DNA from: a virus
Virus genome (UHGV): UHGV-0200554
DNA length: 64,000 bases
Strand: one strand, 5' to 3'
Part shown: positions 1 through 8,057 of the stretch, piece after piece
Position numbering within the stretch: position 1 is the first letter of the stretch
Layout: the number at the start of each line of letters is the position of its first letter
The notes under the pieces: model-generated
Databases searched by the model: none
Told to the model about the DNA's origin: nothing
What the model saw: only the letters and a program-made list of their open reading frames with translations
Position numbers and translations under genes: made by a program

Positions 1-59
1 GGTTGACCCGCCAATCTCCCCTCCACAACTCTCCCAGTAATTTCCTTAAGTACTCGATC

Positions 60-230
60 TGTTTTTCAAAATCGAAATCGGATTCTGAAAATCTCGACAG
101 CTTTTCTCCTCGGTTCTCGATAGGTTTTTTATTTTCGATTTTGGATTCTGGATCTCGGTCTGGTTCTGGCTAGGCCTGCGCCTGAGGAACGAAAGCACTT
201 TTTTATTTTTGAAAGTGGATTTTGAATTTC
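60..230. repeat. Short-unit direct repeat tract (reiterated TCGAT / GATTCTGG units)
   Basis: Visible reiteration of aatcg, attctg(g), ctcg units over ~170 bp; ORF on minus strand here has no RBS. Confidence 0.3.
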
Positions 231-299
231 TATATAGAAAAAATTTACCCCCTACCATTTTTGGTAGATAGTCACGGTACGTAATTAGCCTGCTAACTA

Positions 300-500
300 A
301 ATTTTAGATAGTTTCATGAGTGATTATCACCGTTACTATAAATTGCCGTAACTATAAATCACCGTGCGTTACTATTTTAATTTCACCATGCAACTATAAA
401 TCACGGGCCGTTATTATTTATATAGAAAACTATTACTAACCGTGCGTTATTACCTCAATTTGCTTAGGTTACTATTAATCACCGTAAGTAACTATTTTTT
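300..500. repeat. Iteron cluster A: about 5 copies of AATCACCGTG..(A/T)ACTAT motif
   Basis: Copies near 325, 357, 399, 439, 477; related copies at 13831-13868. Confidence 0.5.
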
Positions 501-539
501 AAATGATAATCATTCTCAAAATATATTGCGTGCATCCCC

Positions 540-860
540 GGTGATTGTCTCCCGGCCCCTGGTGCCCCGGCTTGATTATATAATAACAGATCCGGCCCCC
601 ATGTCAACAGCTTTTTTAGAAAAATATTAGTTACAACATCCTGGCGCCACCTGGCAGGGCCATCATGACCATGATCCGGTCCGGCGCTTGCGCCCTGGTC
701 CATCCTCCGCACATTAGTTACAGCATTCCAACGACCGATCCCCGATAGTCTGCAACCTGGCGGGGCCGCCTGGTCCACTGGACCGCCTCCCCTGGTCCGG
801 TGGGGAGTCCGGCTTGCAATTCAAAATGTGATCTGTGTCAACCTTTCACCATGTAGCTAT
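540..860. other. GC-rich island with clustered CCTGG motifs
   Basis: Seven CCTGG within ~250 bp in an otherwise AT-rich genome; overlapping ORFs lack RBS. Confidence 0.35.
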
Positions 861-887
861 TGATCAGGTTACGGCCTAGTGTATTCT
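860..887 (+). promoter_or_regulatory. Putative sigma70 promoter (TTGATC / TATTCT)
   Basis: -35 ttgatc, -10 tattct; -10 and leader closely resemble promoter at 6496-6523. Confidence 0.4.
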
Positions 888-955
888 ATAGGTGAAGGGA
901 AACAAAGGGGAAACGGAAAGCAAAACACCAGGCCGCAAGGCAGGAGGAAAATAAA

Positions 956-1132
956 ATGAAAGGCATGGTTAACAACAACAACGTAAAAGAGAGGGAAATT
1001 ATTGTTAATGGTCGTGAGATTGACAATAAACGCCGGAAAGCTATGCGTGATGCCCTGGTCAACTGGTTGGATTATGAAAAAATGATGGTAATGGCAGCGG
1101 GTGCCGCAGCTGGTGAATTTAACCACAGATAA
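956..1132 (+). CDS. hypothetical protein (58 aa)
   Basis: ATG preceded by caggaggaaaataaa RBS; below the 60-aa ORF-track cutoff. Confidence 0.45.
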   Translation: MKGMVNNNNVKEREIIVNGREIDNKRRKAMRDALVNWLDYEKMMVMAAGAAAGEFNHR

Positions 1133-1148
1133 CCACAGGGGGGCAAAG

Positions 1149-1343
1149 GTGTTAGCTTATAATCTTCCAGGCCGTCGCCGTACGGTTGCCGACCAGGTAA
1201 CGGCAAAGGCAGACGTAACAATCAACAACGGGCAGGGCCTTTACAAGTTTAAACGGGGGAACAGCTATACGATCCAGTTTCTTAACCGTTGTGCTTTAAC
1301 ACCTGGTCAGATCAACCATTGGTTTAAAGCTAAAAAATTTTAA
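1149..1343 (+). CDS. hypothetical protein (about 64 aa, GTG start)
   Basis: ORF 1101..1343 trimmed to GTG after G-rich RBS; weak support. Confidence 0.3.
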   Translation: MLAYNLPGRRRTVADQVTAKADVTINNGQGLYKFKRGNSYTIQFLNRCALTPGQINHWFKAKKF

Positions 1344-1351
1344 AAAATTAG

Positions 1352-1380
1352 TTGACACCAGAAAGAAATAAAGTATTATA
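1352..1380 (+). promoter_or_regulatory. sigma70 promoter with upstream A-tract
   Basis: TTGACA, 16-17 bp spacer, TATTAT; A-rich UP-like tract upstream. Confidence 0.65.
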
Positions 1381-1428
1381 GATAGTGAAAGCAGTACACA
1401 AGGTTAACAAAATATAAGGAGTAACATC

Positions 1429-1830
1429 ATGAGCGCTTTTAACACTGATTTCGATTTCTCTGGTCTGGAAGAAGTTCGCGATCTTCGTAACTGCCGCCGC
1501 GAAAACGGTTTTTATAAATCTCTGGACCTGGTGGCACTGGACCACAAAATGGACCTGGAAGAAGTAGCAACGATTCGTTTCTACCAGTCACCGCGCGGTA
1601 ACACTGTTTACTGTGTAGTATGGGTACATGAAGCAGGGCACGAATTTTATGCCACTGCTGGCGGGAAAGCTGGTGGCTATGGTTACGATAAAGAGGAGGC
1701 CGCATTACGGGAAGCTATCGAGGCGATGGGTGTAAAAGCTGGCGATTATGCTCACCCTGAAAAATTTTTAATCCAGCTTGCTCGCTACTTCGGATATGAA
1801 AAAGCTAAAGTGATTGAAGCACACGCATAA
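1429..1830 (+). CDS. hypothetical protein (133 aa)
   Basis: RBS aaggag 8 nt upstream of ATG; promoter at 1352. Confidence 0.7.
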   Translation: MSAFNTDFDFSGLEEVRDLRNCRRENGFYKSLDLVALDHKMDLEEVATIRFYQSPRGNTVYCVVWVHEAGHEFYATAGGKAGGYGYDKEEAALREAIEAMGVKAGDYAHPEKFLIQLARYFGYEKAKVIEAHA

Positions 1831-1836
1831 GCTGCC

Positions 1837-1871
1837 TTTTAGATGGCCCCCTGGTGGGGCCATTGATAAAG
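1837..1871 (+). promoter_or_regulatory. Conserved palindromic intergenic element (TTTTAGATGGCC..GGCCAT..ATAAAG family)
   Basis: 8-bp perfect stem ATGGCCCC/GGGGCCAT; same module recurs at 3855, 4488, 4929, 7538. Confidence 0.45.
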
Positions 1872-1907
1872 GTAACTTGGGGCAACAATAACCGAGAGAA
1901 AGAAAAT

Positions 1908-2342
1908 ATGAAACGTTTACCACGCTGGATCCGCTTTATTAATAAACTTGCCGCAGATGAAAAAATCCAGGCTATGCATAAAGATAACCGCGAACGCCGT
2001 GCTGCCTTACGAGATTATCGCCGCATGTTGGCAAAGTTAGCCAATAAAAATGGCGTTCTTAAACCGTTCCGCAAAGTGATCCACCTGGTCGCTATGGGAG
2101 CGCCTAAGGTGGCAAACGTTCCAAACGTCCATAAGATTGATGACCGCGACGTTGTAAGAGATATTGATAAAGATTTTTCTCCGAAGGCCATCAATCAGCG
2201 GATCAACAGCTGCAAAAATAAGAAAGATCTTGATAATTTGTTAGATAGCCTCGACGCTTTAGGGTGTGATTATGATTTCTTAGATGACAAGATTAATAAA
2301 AAATACCGCGAATTGGCTGGTTATCGCGTCAACCGGATTTAA
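1908..2342 (+). CDS. hypothetical protein (144 aa)
   Basis: Track ORF 1854..2342 trimmed to ATG after gagagaaag RBS. Confidence 0.6.
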   Translation: MKRLPRWIRFINKLAADEKIQAMHKDNRERRAALRDYRRMLAKLANKNGVLKPFRKVIHLVAMGAPKVANVPNVHKIDDRDVVRDIDKDFSPKAINQRINSCKNKKDLDNLLDSLDALGCDYDFLDDKINKKYRELAGYRVNRI

Positions 2343-2629
2343 CATATCAGAATAGTTGGCCCTGGTGGATCCGATCCGTGCACGGTCCAGGGTATGCCCG
2401 AAAACCTCCCCCATTACGCCGCTACGCCTGTTTTGAAGGTGTGGCGGTGTAGTTGCACCTCTTTGCAAAACACCTCGCCATAATACTTATTTGATGCCTT
2501 ATTTTCGATACGCTCAAATAATGACCAATCAATCGCCCCCACCATGATTTTTTTCTTGCAATCCCCCAATGTATGAATACAATAACAATTGAAGGCAGTA
2601 TTAACAAAAACACAAGAAGGGGAAACAAA

Positions 2630-2800
2630 ATGGATAAAATCTATTACGTTGTTTATCGCGGCCTTAATGTTGCCTGGTACGACAATTTGGCTGAGGCAAT
2701 GGAAGAGGCGCACGACCGTTACGACCTGGGGCGTAACCGCCTTGAAGTGGTGGATAGCGACGGCGTGATCTATTGGTGTAGTGAGGATCTGGAATACTGA
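2630..2800 (+). CDS. hypothetical protein (56 aa)
   Basis: Track ORF 2573..2800 trimmed to internal ATG after aggggaaac RBS. Confidence 0.45.
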   Translation: MDKIYYVVYRGLNVAWYDNLAEAMEEAHDRYDLGRNRLEVVDSDGVIYWCSEDLEY

Positions 2801-2811
2801 AAAAAAAATAG

Positions 2812-2842
2812 TTGACACGACCGTTTGAAAGTGTAGTATATA
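2812..2842 (+). promoter_or_regulatory. sigma70 promoter with upstream A-tract
   Basis: TTGACA and gtagtatat extended -10-like region; A9 tract upstream. Confidence 0.6.
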
Positions 2843-2895
2843 AACCGAAGGGGAAAGAAATTTCCCAGAGGTAAAAAACAAAGAGGATAAAAATC

Positions 2896-3171
2896 ATGGC
2901 TATCATCGAAAAAGTAAACGTTCCAGCCACTTATAATAAAGGTTATAACGGTTGGAAAAATTACAATCAGTGGAACGTTGCACTGTGGATCAATAACGAC
3001 GAAAGTTTATACTTCTTTGCCCTGGGCTTGATTAATGAGTGTGGCAATAAAGACGCGGCAGCTGATTTGATGGTTTACCGCTTGAAAGAAGAGGGGATCA
3101 CTCATACGCCTGATGGGGTGCCTTACAATAAAACTAACATCCGCGCCGCTATGGTCGGAATGCCGCACTGA
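2896..3171 (+). CDS. hypothetical protein (91 aa)
   Basis: RBS aagaggat upstream of ATG. Confidence 0.7.
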   Translation: MAIIEKVNVPATYNKGYNGWKNYNQWNVALWINNDESLYFFALGLINECGNKDAAADLMVYRLKEEGITHTPDGVPYNKTNIRAAMVGMPH

Positions 3172-3247
3172 TAGCCGCCTTACCCTGGGGCCGTGGCAGC
3201 GCCCCATGAATAAGGTTACTACCCCCACAATAACAGGAGGTAACATT

Positions 3248-3358
3248 ATGAACATTATCGCGGCAATCATTGTAGGCTATGCCCTCTTTTTGCTGGGCTT
3301 GCACCTGGCGGCAGTTATCAAAGGCCTGATCGATTTCTTTAAAAAAGATGAAAAATAG
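3248..3358 (+). CDS. small hydrophobic membrane peptide (36 aa)
   Basis: RBS aggagg then ATG; single predicted TM (IIAAIIVGYALFLLGLHLAAVI). Confidence 0.4.
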   Translation: MNIIAAIIVGYALFLLGLHLAAVIKGLIDFFKKDEK

Positions 3359-3360
3359 TG

Positions 3361-3388
3361 TTGACAGGTGAGAGAAAATAAATATACT
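3361..3388 (+). promoter_or_regulatory. sigma70 promoter
   Basis: TTGACA, 16 bp spacer, TATACT. Confidence 0.65.
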
Positions 3389-3438
3389 TAACCATGAAAG
3401 CAGTAAACGAGATTAATAAAACACAGGAGAAAAAGATC

Positions 3439-3849
3439 ATGAAAACTACTTTCCGTAATGCAAATGGTTTAACTGCATTCGCTTTAGCTTGTGGATATGT
3501 TCAAATGGTAGAGGGGCGGGATCGTGAAATGGTGGATCTGTTTAAAGCCCACGGTTGCTACCATGTTCGCGCTTTTAATGCTGATGGCGAGCGGCAAGCA
3601 TGGTTTAGTGTGCCATCTTTAACTGATGCCCGTCGCCATTGGAAAGAACTGGTAAAACTGATTTTCGGTGCACGCATTGCACAAGTGAAACGCTGCAAAC
3701 GTTACGAAGTGCGCCACGTCCTGGACCTGAGAGGGGAGGCAGTTTACCAGGTTATCTATCGCTACGATGGGGAGTCTCGCCACGTCGGCTACTGTGAAAA
3801 CGTGGACGCGGCATGGATGATTGCACACCGCGACTATGTAAGCCTATAG
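3439..3849 (+). CDS. hypothetical protein (136 aa)
   Basis: Track ORF 3394..3849 trimmed to ATG after caggag RBS. Confidence 0.6.
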   Translation: MKTTFRNANGLTAFALACGYVQMVEGRDREMVDLFKAHGCYHVRAFNADGERQAWFSVPSLTDARRHWKELVKLIFGARIAQVKRCKRYEVRHVLDLRGEAVYQVIYRYDGESRHVGYCENVDAAWMIAHRDYVSL

Positions 3850-3854
3850 GTTAT

Positions 3855-3895
3855 TTTTCGGTGGCCTGGGTATTGACACCGGGCCATCTATAAAG
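3855..3895 (+). promoter_or_regulatory. Palindromic intergenic element with embedded TTGACA
   Basis: GGCC..TTGACA..GGCCATCTATAAAG; same family as 1837, 4488, 4929, 7538. Confidence 0.45.
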
Positions 3896-3933
3896 TAACC
3901 TAAAGATCCACACAACGAAGGGGGGGAACAATC

Positions 3934-4026
3934 ATGAAAAACTATTCTCACTATTTGATCCGTCGTGATGTTATGATTATGGCCCTGGGCTACCTGGTTA
4001 TGTTTGCTTTTCGTGTAATGCTGTAA
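3934..4026 (+). CDS. small hydrophobic peptide (30 aa)
   Basis: G-rich RBS then ATG; hydrophobic core; not in ORF track (short). Confidence 0.35.
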   Translation: MKNYSHYLIRRDVMIMALGYLVMFAFRVML

Positions 4027-4044
4027 AATAAATTAAAAAATTAG

Positions 4045-4072
4045 TTGACACAGTAGCAAAAATAAGTAAACT
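4045..4072 (+). promoter_or_regulatory. sigma70 promoter with upstream A-tract
   Basis: TTGACA, 16 bp spacer, TAAACT. Confidence 0.6.
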
Positions 4073-4117
4073 TAAAACTGAAAGAAGTAATTAGTAAACC
4101 ACAAAGAGGAAAACATC

Positions 4118-4477
4118 ATGAAACGCATCAATAAGGCTATGGCTAACGCAATCCGTGCTTATGTAGTTGACAGCTTAAACTTTGACGACATGGAACACGA
4201 CAACGACGTTGAGGAACTGAAAGCACGCTTTGAAGCTGAGCATTTTGACGGCTATTATATCCGTCGCTTTAACGGCAACCGTGTAAAAGCAATGGCCGAC
4301 TGGTTAGCAGGACTGCCGAGCGGTGTAGACATTGACTTCTGTAATGATGACATTTTAAACCGCTTGCGTGAGTTCGGAATCATTGACGAAAAAACTAAAG
4401 AAGACACTAAAGATCGCTACATTGACGAATGGTTTGAACTGATGGCGCGGTTTTATGTGGAACTAGCATACAAATAA
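4118..4477 (+). CDS. hypothetical protein (119 aa)
   Basis: RBS aagagga upstream of ATG. Confidence 0.7.
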   Translation: MKRINKAMANAIRAYVVDSLNFDDMEHDNDVEELKARFEAEHFDGYYIRRFNGNRVKAMADWLAGLPSGVDIDFCNDDILNRLREFGIIDEKTKEDTKDRYIDEWFELMARFYVELAYK

Positions 4478-4487
4478 AATAGCTTGC

Positions 4488-4545
4488 TTTTAGATGGCCT
4501 CGAAAAAAAAAAATAGTTGACACGGGGCCATCGATAAAGTAAACT
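4488..4545 (+). promoter_or_regulatory. Palindromic element split by promoter (TTGACA at 4517, TAAACT at 4540)
   Basis: ATGGCCTCG and CGGGGCCAT arms flank A11 tract and TTGACA; 17-bp spacer to TAAACT. Confidence 0.55.
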
Positions 4546-4583
4546 AACACACAGTAAGAAGTAACAACAAAGGAGAAAACATT

Positions 4584-4922
4584 ATGAACGCTAACATTGA
4601 ACTGATTGCACGTCGTGCCGCCCTGGTTGCAGCTATCGAACAATTGAACAATAAAATTGAAAACTTTGAAATTGATCCAGATGACTACGAAAACGACTAC
4701 GATGATTTACTAGACGAAGGCGGTGCGGTAGTGGTAGGCGGTTGCGAATTTCTCCCGTCTAGAATCCTCCGCGAACTGGATCCGATTGCTTATCGTTGCG
4801 GCCTGAATGATTATATAGACAACATTGATGTAAGCGATGACGCAAACTATTGTGATTTGTGTGACGATCTGGCTGACCTTGAGGCAGAACTAGGGGAAGT
4901 CGAGGAAGCGCTACGTAACTAA
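4584..4922 (+). CDS. highly acidic small protein (112 aa), DNA-mimic candidate
   Basis: RBS aaaggag; very high Asp/Glu content over most of the protein, few basic residues. Confidence 0.7.
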   Translation: MNANIELIARRAALVAAIEQLNNKIENFEIDPDDYENDYDDLLDEGGAVVVGGCEFLPSRILRELDPIAYRCGLNDYIDNIDVSDDANYCDLCDDLADLEAELGEVEEALRN

Positions 4923-4928
4923 GTTGCC

Positions 4929-4964
4929 TTTTAGATGGCCTCCCTGGCGGGGCCATCCATAAAG
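4929..4964 (+). promoter_or_regulatory. Conserved palindromic intergenic element
   Basis: TTTTAGATGGCCTCC..GGGGCCATCCATAAAG followed by GATAAT. Confidence 0.45.
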
Positions 4965-5001
4965 ATAATTTAGTGTAACCACAATAAAAAGGAGTTACGC
5001 A

Positions 5002-5250
5002 ATGGCAAAATTAATTAACTTTGCAGCGGTGGACCTGGTAAAAGCTGATTGGTATTATAGCAATGGTCGCGCCGTTTGGTGGCGTGAAGGGGGTGCCGAG
5101 GGCAAAGTAAAAGCGCGTATGATTAAAGGTTACCATTTAGATCGCCCTGTAATTCGTATCAATGGGAAGCTGGTCGCTTTCATGCATATCAAAGCGGTTG
5201 ACGATATTGAAAAAATTTTGAACGTCAACTATTTTAAAATGTTAGGGTGA
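5002..5250 (+). CDS. hypothetical protein (82 aa)
   Basis: RBS aaaggag upstream of ATG. Confidence 0.65.
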   Translation: MAKLINFAAVDLVKADWYYSNGRAVWWREGGAEGKVKARMIKGYHLDRPVIRINGKLVAFMHIKAVDDIEKILNVNYFKMLG

Positions 5251-5339
5251 CATGCCAGGCGGGGGCCGTTAGTCCGGCCCCCTCTATCCAACCAGGAGGA
5301 GGTGACACTATGCCCAGTTAACAACAGAGAGGAAAATAT

Positions 5340-5678
5340 ATGGACCTCATGACGTGCATACTCGCATTTATTGCAATAGGTGTAGTCTGGAACAAAGTAA
5401 AAAACCAGAGTTATTACGCCAGATGCCAGGCTTTTCGGGTGAATCCGTGGGATATTGATCCGGGTGCTGATTATGTTATCAAGTACCAGGACCGACACGG
5501 CAAACAATATGTAACGCCGTCGCCGATACCGGCCTATTGCTTGCTGGAATACACAGACAAGATAAAACAGGCAGGTTTTTTAATTGTTGACCTGTGGGGC
5601 CGCCACGGTGACGCGAAAAAATTTATTAAAGCAGTGGCTGCAAATATTGCAGCACAAGAAAACGACGATGAAGAGTAA
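5340..5678 (+). CDS. hypothetical membrane-anchored protein (112 aa)
   Basis: RBS agagagg; N-terminal hydrophobic segment. Confidence 0.65.
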   Translation: MDLMTCILAFIAIGVVWNKVKNQSYYARCQAFRVNPWDIDPGADYVIKYQDRHGKQYVTPSPIPAYCLLEYTDKIKQAGFLIVDLWGRHGDAKKFIKAVAANIAAQENDDEE

Positions 5679-5692
5679 CAGGAGCGCCGATT

Positions 5693-5914
5693 ATGAACAT
5701 GGTAAACTTTGAAAAAATTACTAAGCGCAATCATTTATCTGACGAACTACCGGAACGCCGCCAGCGTAACAACAAGCTGAATAAACCGCGTCGATTTGGT
5801 AAACTGTGGCGCAACTATTACGACCGTAATTTACGCCGCCTGTTACTTGAACGTGAACGCCAACAAATGAGATACGCAGCACGGCGGGAACGGATGAAAG
5901 CAGACGAAATTTAA
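5693..5914 (+). CDS. arginine-rich small protein (73 aa)
   Basis: RBS ggag; highly basic, Arg-rich, possibly nucleic-acid binding. Confidence 0.6.
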   Translation: MNMVNFEKITKRNHLSDELPERRQRNNKLNKPRRFGKLWRNYYDRNLRRLLLERERQQMRYAARRERMKADEI

Positions 5915-5919
5915 CCGAT

Positions 5920-5950
5920 AGGCCCCCAGGTGGGGGCCTTTCTTCATTTG
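5920..5950 (+). terminator. Intrinsic terminator
   Basis: AGGCCCCC-aggt-GGGGGCCT hairpin followed by T-rich tract. Confidence 0.6.
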
Positions 5951-6154
5951 TAACATAGCGCAATCAATTTTAAGGCCCTTAAAACGCCCTACAACGCAAA
6001 GAAGCCTAAAGGTGAACAATTGCATTACCCGCCCCCAATTAGTAATTTGTGATCAAGATCTCACAAAAATTAATAGGTAAAAACCTTATTTACTTCTTAT
6101 AGGATCTGCATACCATTTTAATTGAAAGAAGAAACACAGCAGGAGGAAAATAAA

Positions 6155-6364
6155 ATGGTCTACTGTGATTATGCCAATGATGCACTGGGCCGCTATGAGA
6201 AAGGCCGTTATTATGACCTGAGCGAAATAATTGATAACGAGGATTATTACATCGATAAGAATGATGATCATCTAGTCGTTATCCATCGCGTAGTCGATCC
6301 GATGTGCTTCGTGGACGTTAGCCCGATTGTGGCACGCTTTGAAATTATGGTATTGGAGGCTTGA
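6155..6364 (+). CDS. hypothetical protein (69 aa)
   Basis: Track ORF 6122..6364 trimmed to ATG after caggaggaaaataaa RBS. Confidence 0.6.
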   Translation: MVYCDYANDALGRYEKGRYYDLSEIIDNEDYYIDKNDDHLVVIHRVVDPMCFVDVSPIVARFEIMVLEA

Positions 6365-6366
6365 TT

Positions 6367-6474
6367 ATGTTACTTGAAATGCTGATGAATCCGATTATTT
6401 CTATGGGCCTGATCTTTGTAGTTGTCTGCCTGGTTGTTGGTTTTATCTTGAGCAATATGCGGAAGTAAAAATTT
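6367..6474 (+). CDS. small hydrophobic peptide (35 aa)
   Basis: ATG 2 nt after upstream stop; hydrophobic core. Confidence 0.35.
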
Positions 6475-6495
6475 TTAAAAAGCTATGAAAAAGTG

Positions 6496-6523
6496 TTGAC
6501 ACGGCCCCCCGGTTTGGTATTCT
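6496..6523 (+). promoter_or_regulatory. Putative sigma70 promoter
   Basis: TTGACA, 16 bp spacer, TATTCT; followed by purine-rich leader. Confidence 0.5.
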
Positions 6524-6670
6524 ATAGCTGAAAGGAAAAGAAAGGGAACAAGAAGGAAAGTTCCGGGAGCGGGAAAAGAAGGGTAAGGGAAAAGCCTTGA
6601 AGCATAGCTAACCGAAGGACCGAGGGAGCCGGGAGCGGCCCTAAAAGATACTCAAAGAAGTAAAAAGAAG

Positions 6671-6698
6671 TTGACAAGGTAACACAAAGCAGTAAAAT
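6671..6698 (+). promoter_or_regulatory. sigma70 promoter
   Basis: TTGACA, 16 bp spacer, TAAAAT. Confidence 0.6.
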
Positions 6699-6777
6699 AA
6701 AGTTGAAAGGGAAGGATGCAGGGAGCAACAAGGACCGGATAAACCGGGGGGAGCTGAAAGAAAACGAGGAAAATAAA

Positions 6778-6864
6778 ATGAAAGACTACTACAAAGCAAA
6801 CGAATATGAAAGGGTAGCAGATTTCATTAAAGAAATGTTAAAAGGTCTGAATAATAAAAAATGA
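6778..6864 (+). CDS. small protein (28 aa)
   Basis: ATG after acgaggaaaataaa RBS; below ORF-track cutoff. Confidence 0.3.
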   Translation: MKDYYKANEYERVADFIKEMLKGLNNKK

Positions 6865-6872
6865 GGTGGGGT

Positions 6873-6986
6873 ATGAAAAACAAGCAAGAAAGGCCCGAAG
6901 ATGACAAATTTACATGGCGTGAGCTTTTAAACATCTGGTACATCATTTACGGGCAACATTATAAACACAGAGGAGGGAGGTTATAA
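6873..6986 (+). CDS. small protein (37 aa)
   Basis: ATG after gaggtgggg RBS; followed by GGAGGGAGG..CCTCCC hairpin. Confidence 0.3.
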   Translation: MKNKQERPEDDKFTWRELLNIWYIIYGQHYKHRGGRL

Positions 6987-7033
6987 ACCTCCCACCACAA
7001 AGAAAGAAACAACAACCAAGCGAGGAAAATAAA

Positions 7034-7261
7034 ATGAGCAACGTTATCAAGTTCCCCATGAATCGTGTAAAACCATCTAAAGGTGTGGTTAATTTCGATA
7101 ATAAGGTTTACCGCATGGCCTGGATCGTTAGAAACAGCGACAATAAGGGCGATATCTGGGTAGAGGCATTCAGGCGGGAGGTTGATGCTATTTTTTCAAG
7201 AAGTGTAAGGGGAGGCCGGATCATTAGAGGATTTTTCAAAGCGGCACCGGAAGAGGTTTAA
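7034..7261 (+). CDS. hypothetical protein (75 aa)
   Basis: RBS gcgaggaaaataaa upstream of ATG. Confidence 0.6.
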   Translation: MSNVIKFPMNRVKPSKGVVNFDNKVYRMAWIVRNSDNKGDIWVEAFRREVDAIFSRSVRGGRIIRGFFKAAPEEV

Positions 7262-7266
7262 AAAGG

Positions 7267-7294
7267 TTGACAAATCATAAAAAACAAGTAGACT
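7267..7294 (+). promoter_or_regulatory. Putative sigma70 promoter
   Basis: TTGACA then TAGACT at 16 bp. Confidence 0.45.
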
Positions 7295-7336
7295 GATAAT
7301 CGAAAGCAGTAAACAATTTAAAAGGAGAACATAATC

Positions 7337-7531
7337 ATGAAACACATCAACATCGTAAACCTGAAAAAAGTTTGCAAAATTGCAATTTTTGTGGAAGGTG
7401 TCGAGGCTTATCGTTGCGACTACGAAGATTATAAAGATGCGTTAGCTTTCCTCCTGGACGTGGCACACCACAACAATCTAGACTATGAAGCCATCGAGGC
7501 AGCCGAAAAAGTTATGGCAATTGCCGCATGA
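7337..7531 (+). CDS. hypothetical protein (64 aa)
   Basis: RBS aaaggag upstream of ATG. Confidence 0.65.
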   Translation: MKHINIVNLKKVCKIAIFVEGVEAYRCDYEDYKDALAFLLDVAHHNNLDYEAIEAAEKVMAIAA

Positions 7532-7537
7532 GTTAGC

Positions 7538-7578
7538 TTTTAGATGGTCCACGATGCGAAAGTGGATCATCAATAAAG
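7538..7578 (+). promoter_or_regulatory. Conserved palindromic intergenic element
   Basis: TTTTAGATGGTCCAC..GTGGATCATCAATAAAG, degenerate copy of the family. Confidence 0.4.
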
Positions 7579-7612
7579 AAAACTCAACCACGAAGCAAGA
7601 AGGAGAAACATC

Positions 7613-7843
7613 ATGGACCTTATGACAGCTGTTGCAACATACGACTATAAAAACTTTTTTGATGTAGTCATGATTAAAAAACCAGCTAACGCCCGGATGC
7701 CTGCAAATGGTTACGGTAAAAAATTACCGACTAACTGGATGATCAATTTCGAGGGCCGTATGCGCCGCGTCTATGTTGATATCTGTGGCAATTCTGGACA
7801 CAGGTACATCATGGTTAAAGGCCGTAAATTTACTATCATGTAA
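7613..7843 (+). CDS. hypothetical protein (76 aa)
   Basis: RBS gaaggag upstream of ATG. Confidence 0.65.
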   Translation: MDLMTAVATYDYKNFFDVVMIKKPANARMPANGYGKKLPTNWMINFEGRMRRVYVDICGNSGHRYIMVKGRKFTIM

Positions 7844-7904
7844 CACGATTTCAACCAGGGCCGGAAGTCCGGCCCTATCATCAACCAACAAAGGGGATCA
7901 AAAA

Positions 7905-8024
7905 ATGAAAGACAAGCCTCGACCTTGCAGCGATACAATTTACCATCTGATAGCATGGTGTGAGATCCTGGCAATTGAAGCCCTTATGGGTGTTGGCATT
8001 TACTTTATAGCGATCTATAATTAA
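7905..8024 (+). CDS. small hydrophobic peptide (39 aa)
   Basis: Track ORF 7773..8024 trimmed to ATG after aaagggga RBS; C-terminal TM. Confidence 0.4.
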   Translation: MKDKPRPCSDTIYHLIAWCEILAIEALMGVGIYFIAIYN

Positions 8025-8057
8025 CGCGAAAGGAAATAGCCATGAGGAATAAAAGCA

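Noticed and set aside
442-778. ORFs 442..630 (+) and 479..778 (-) in the iteron / GC-rich island
   Set aside because: No RBS, biased composition driven by repeats and the GC-rich island; judged non-coding.
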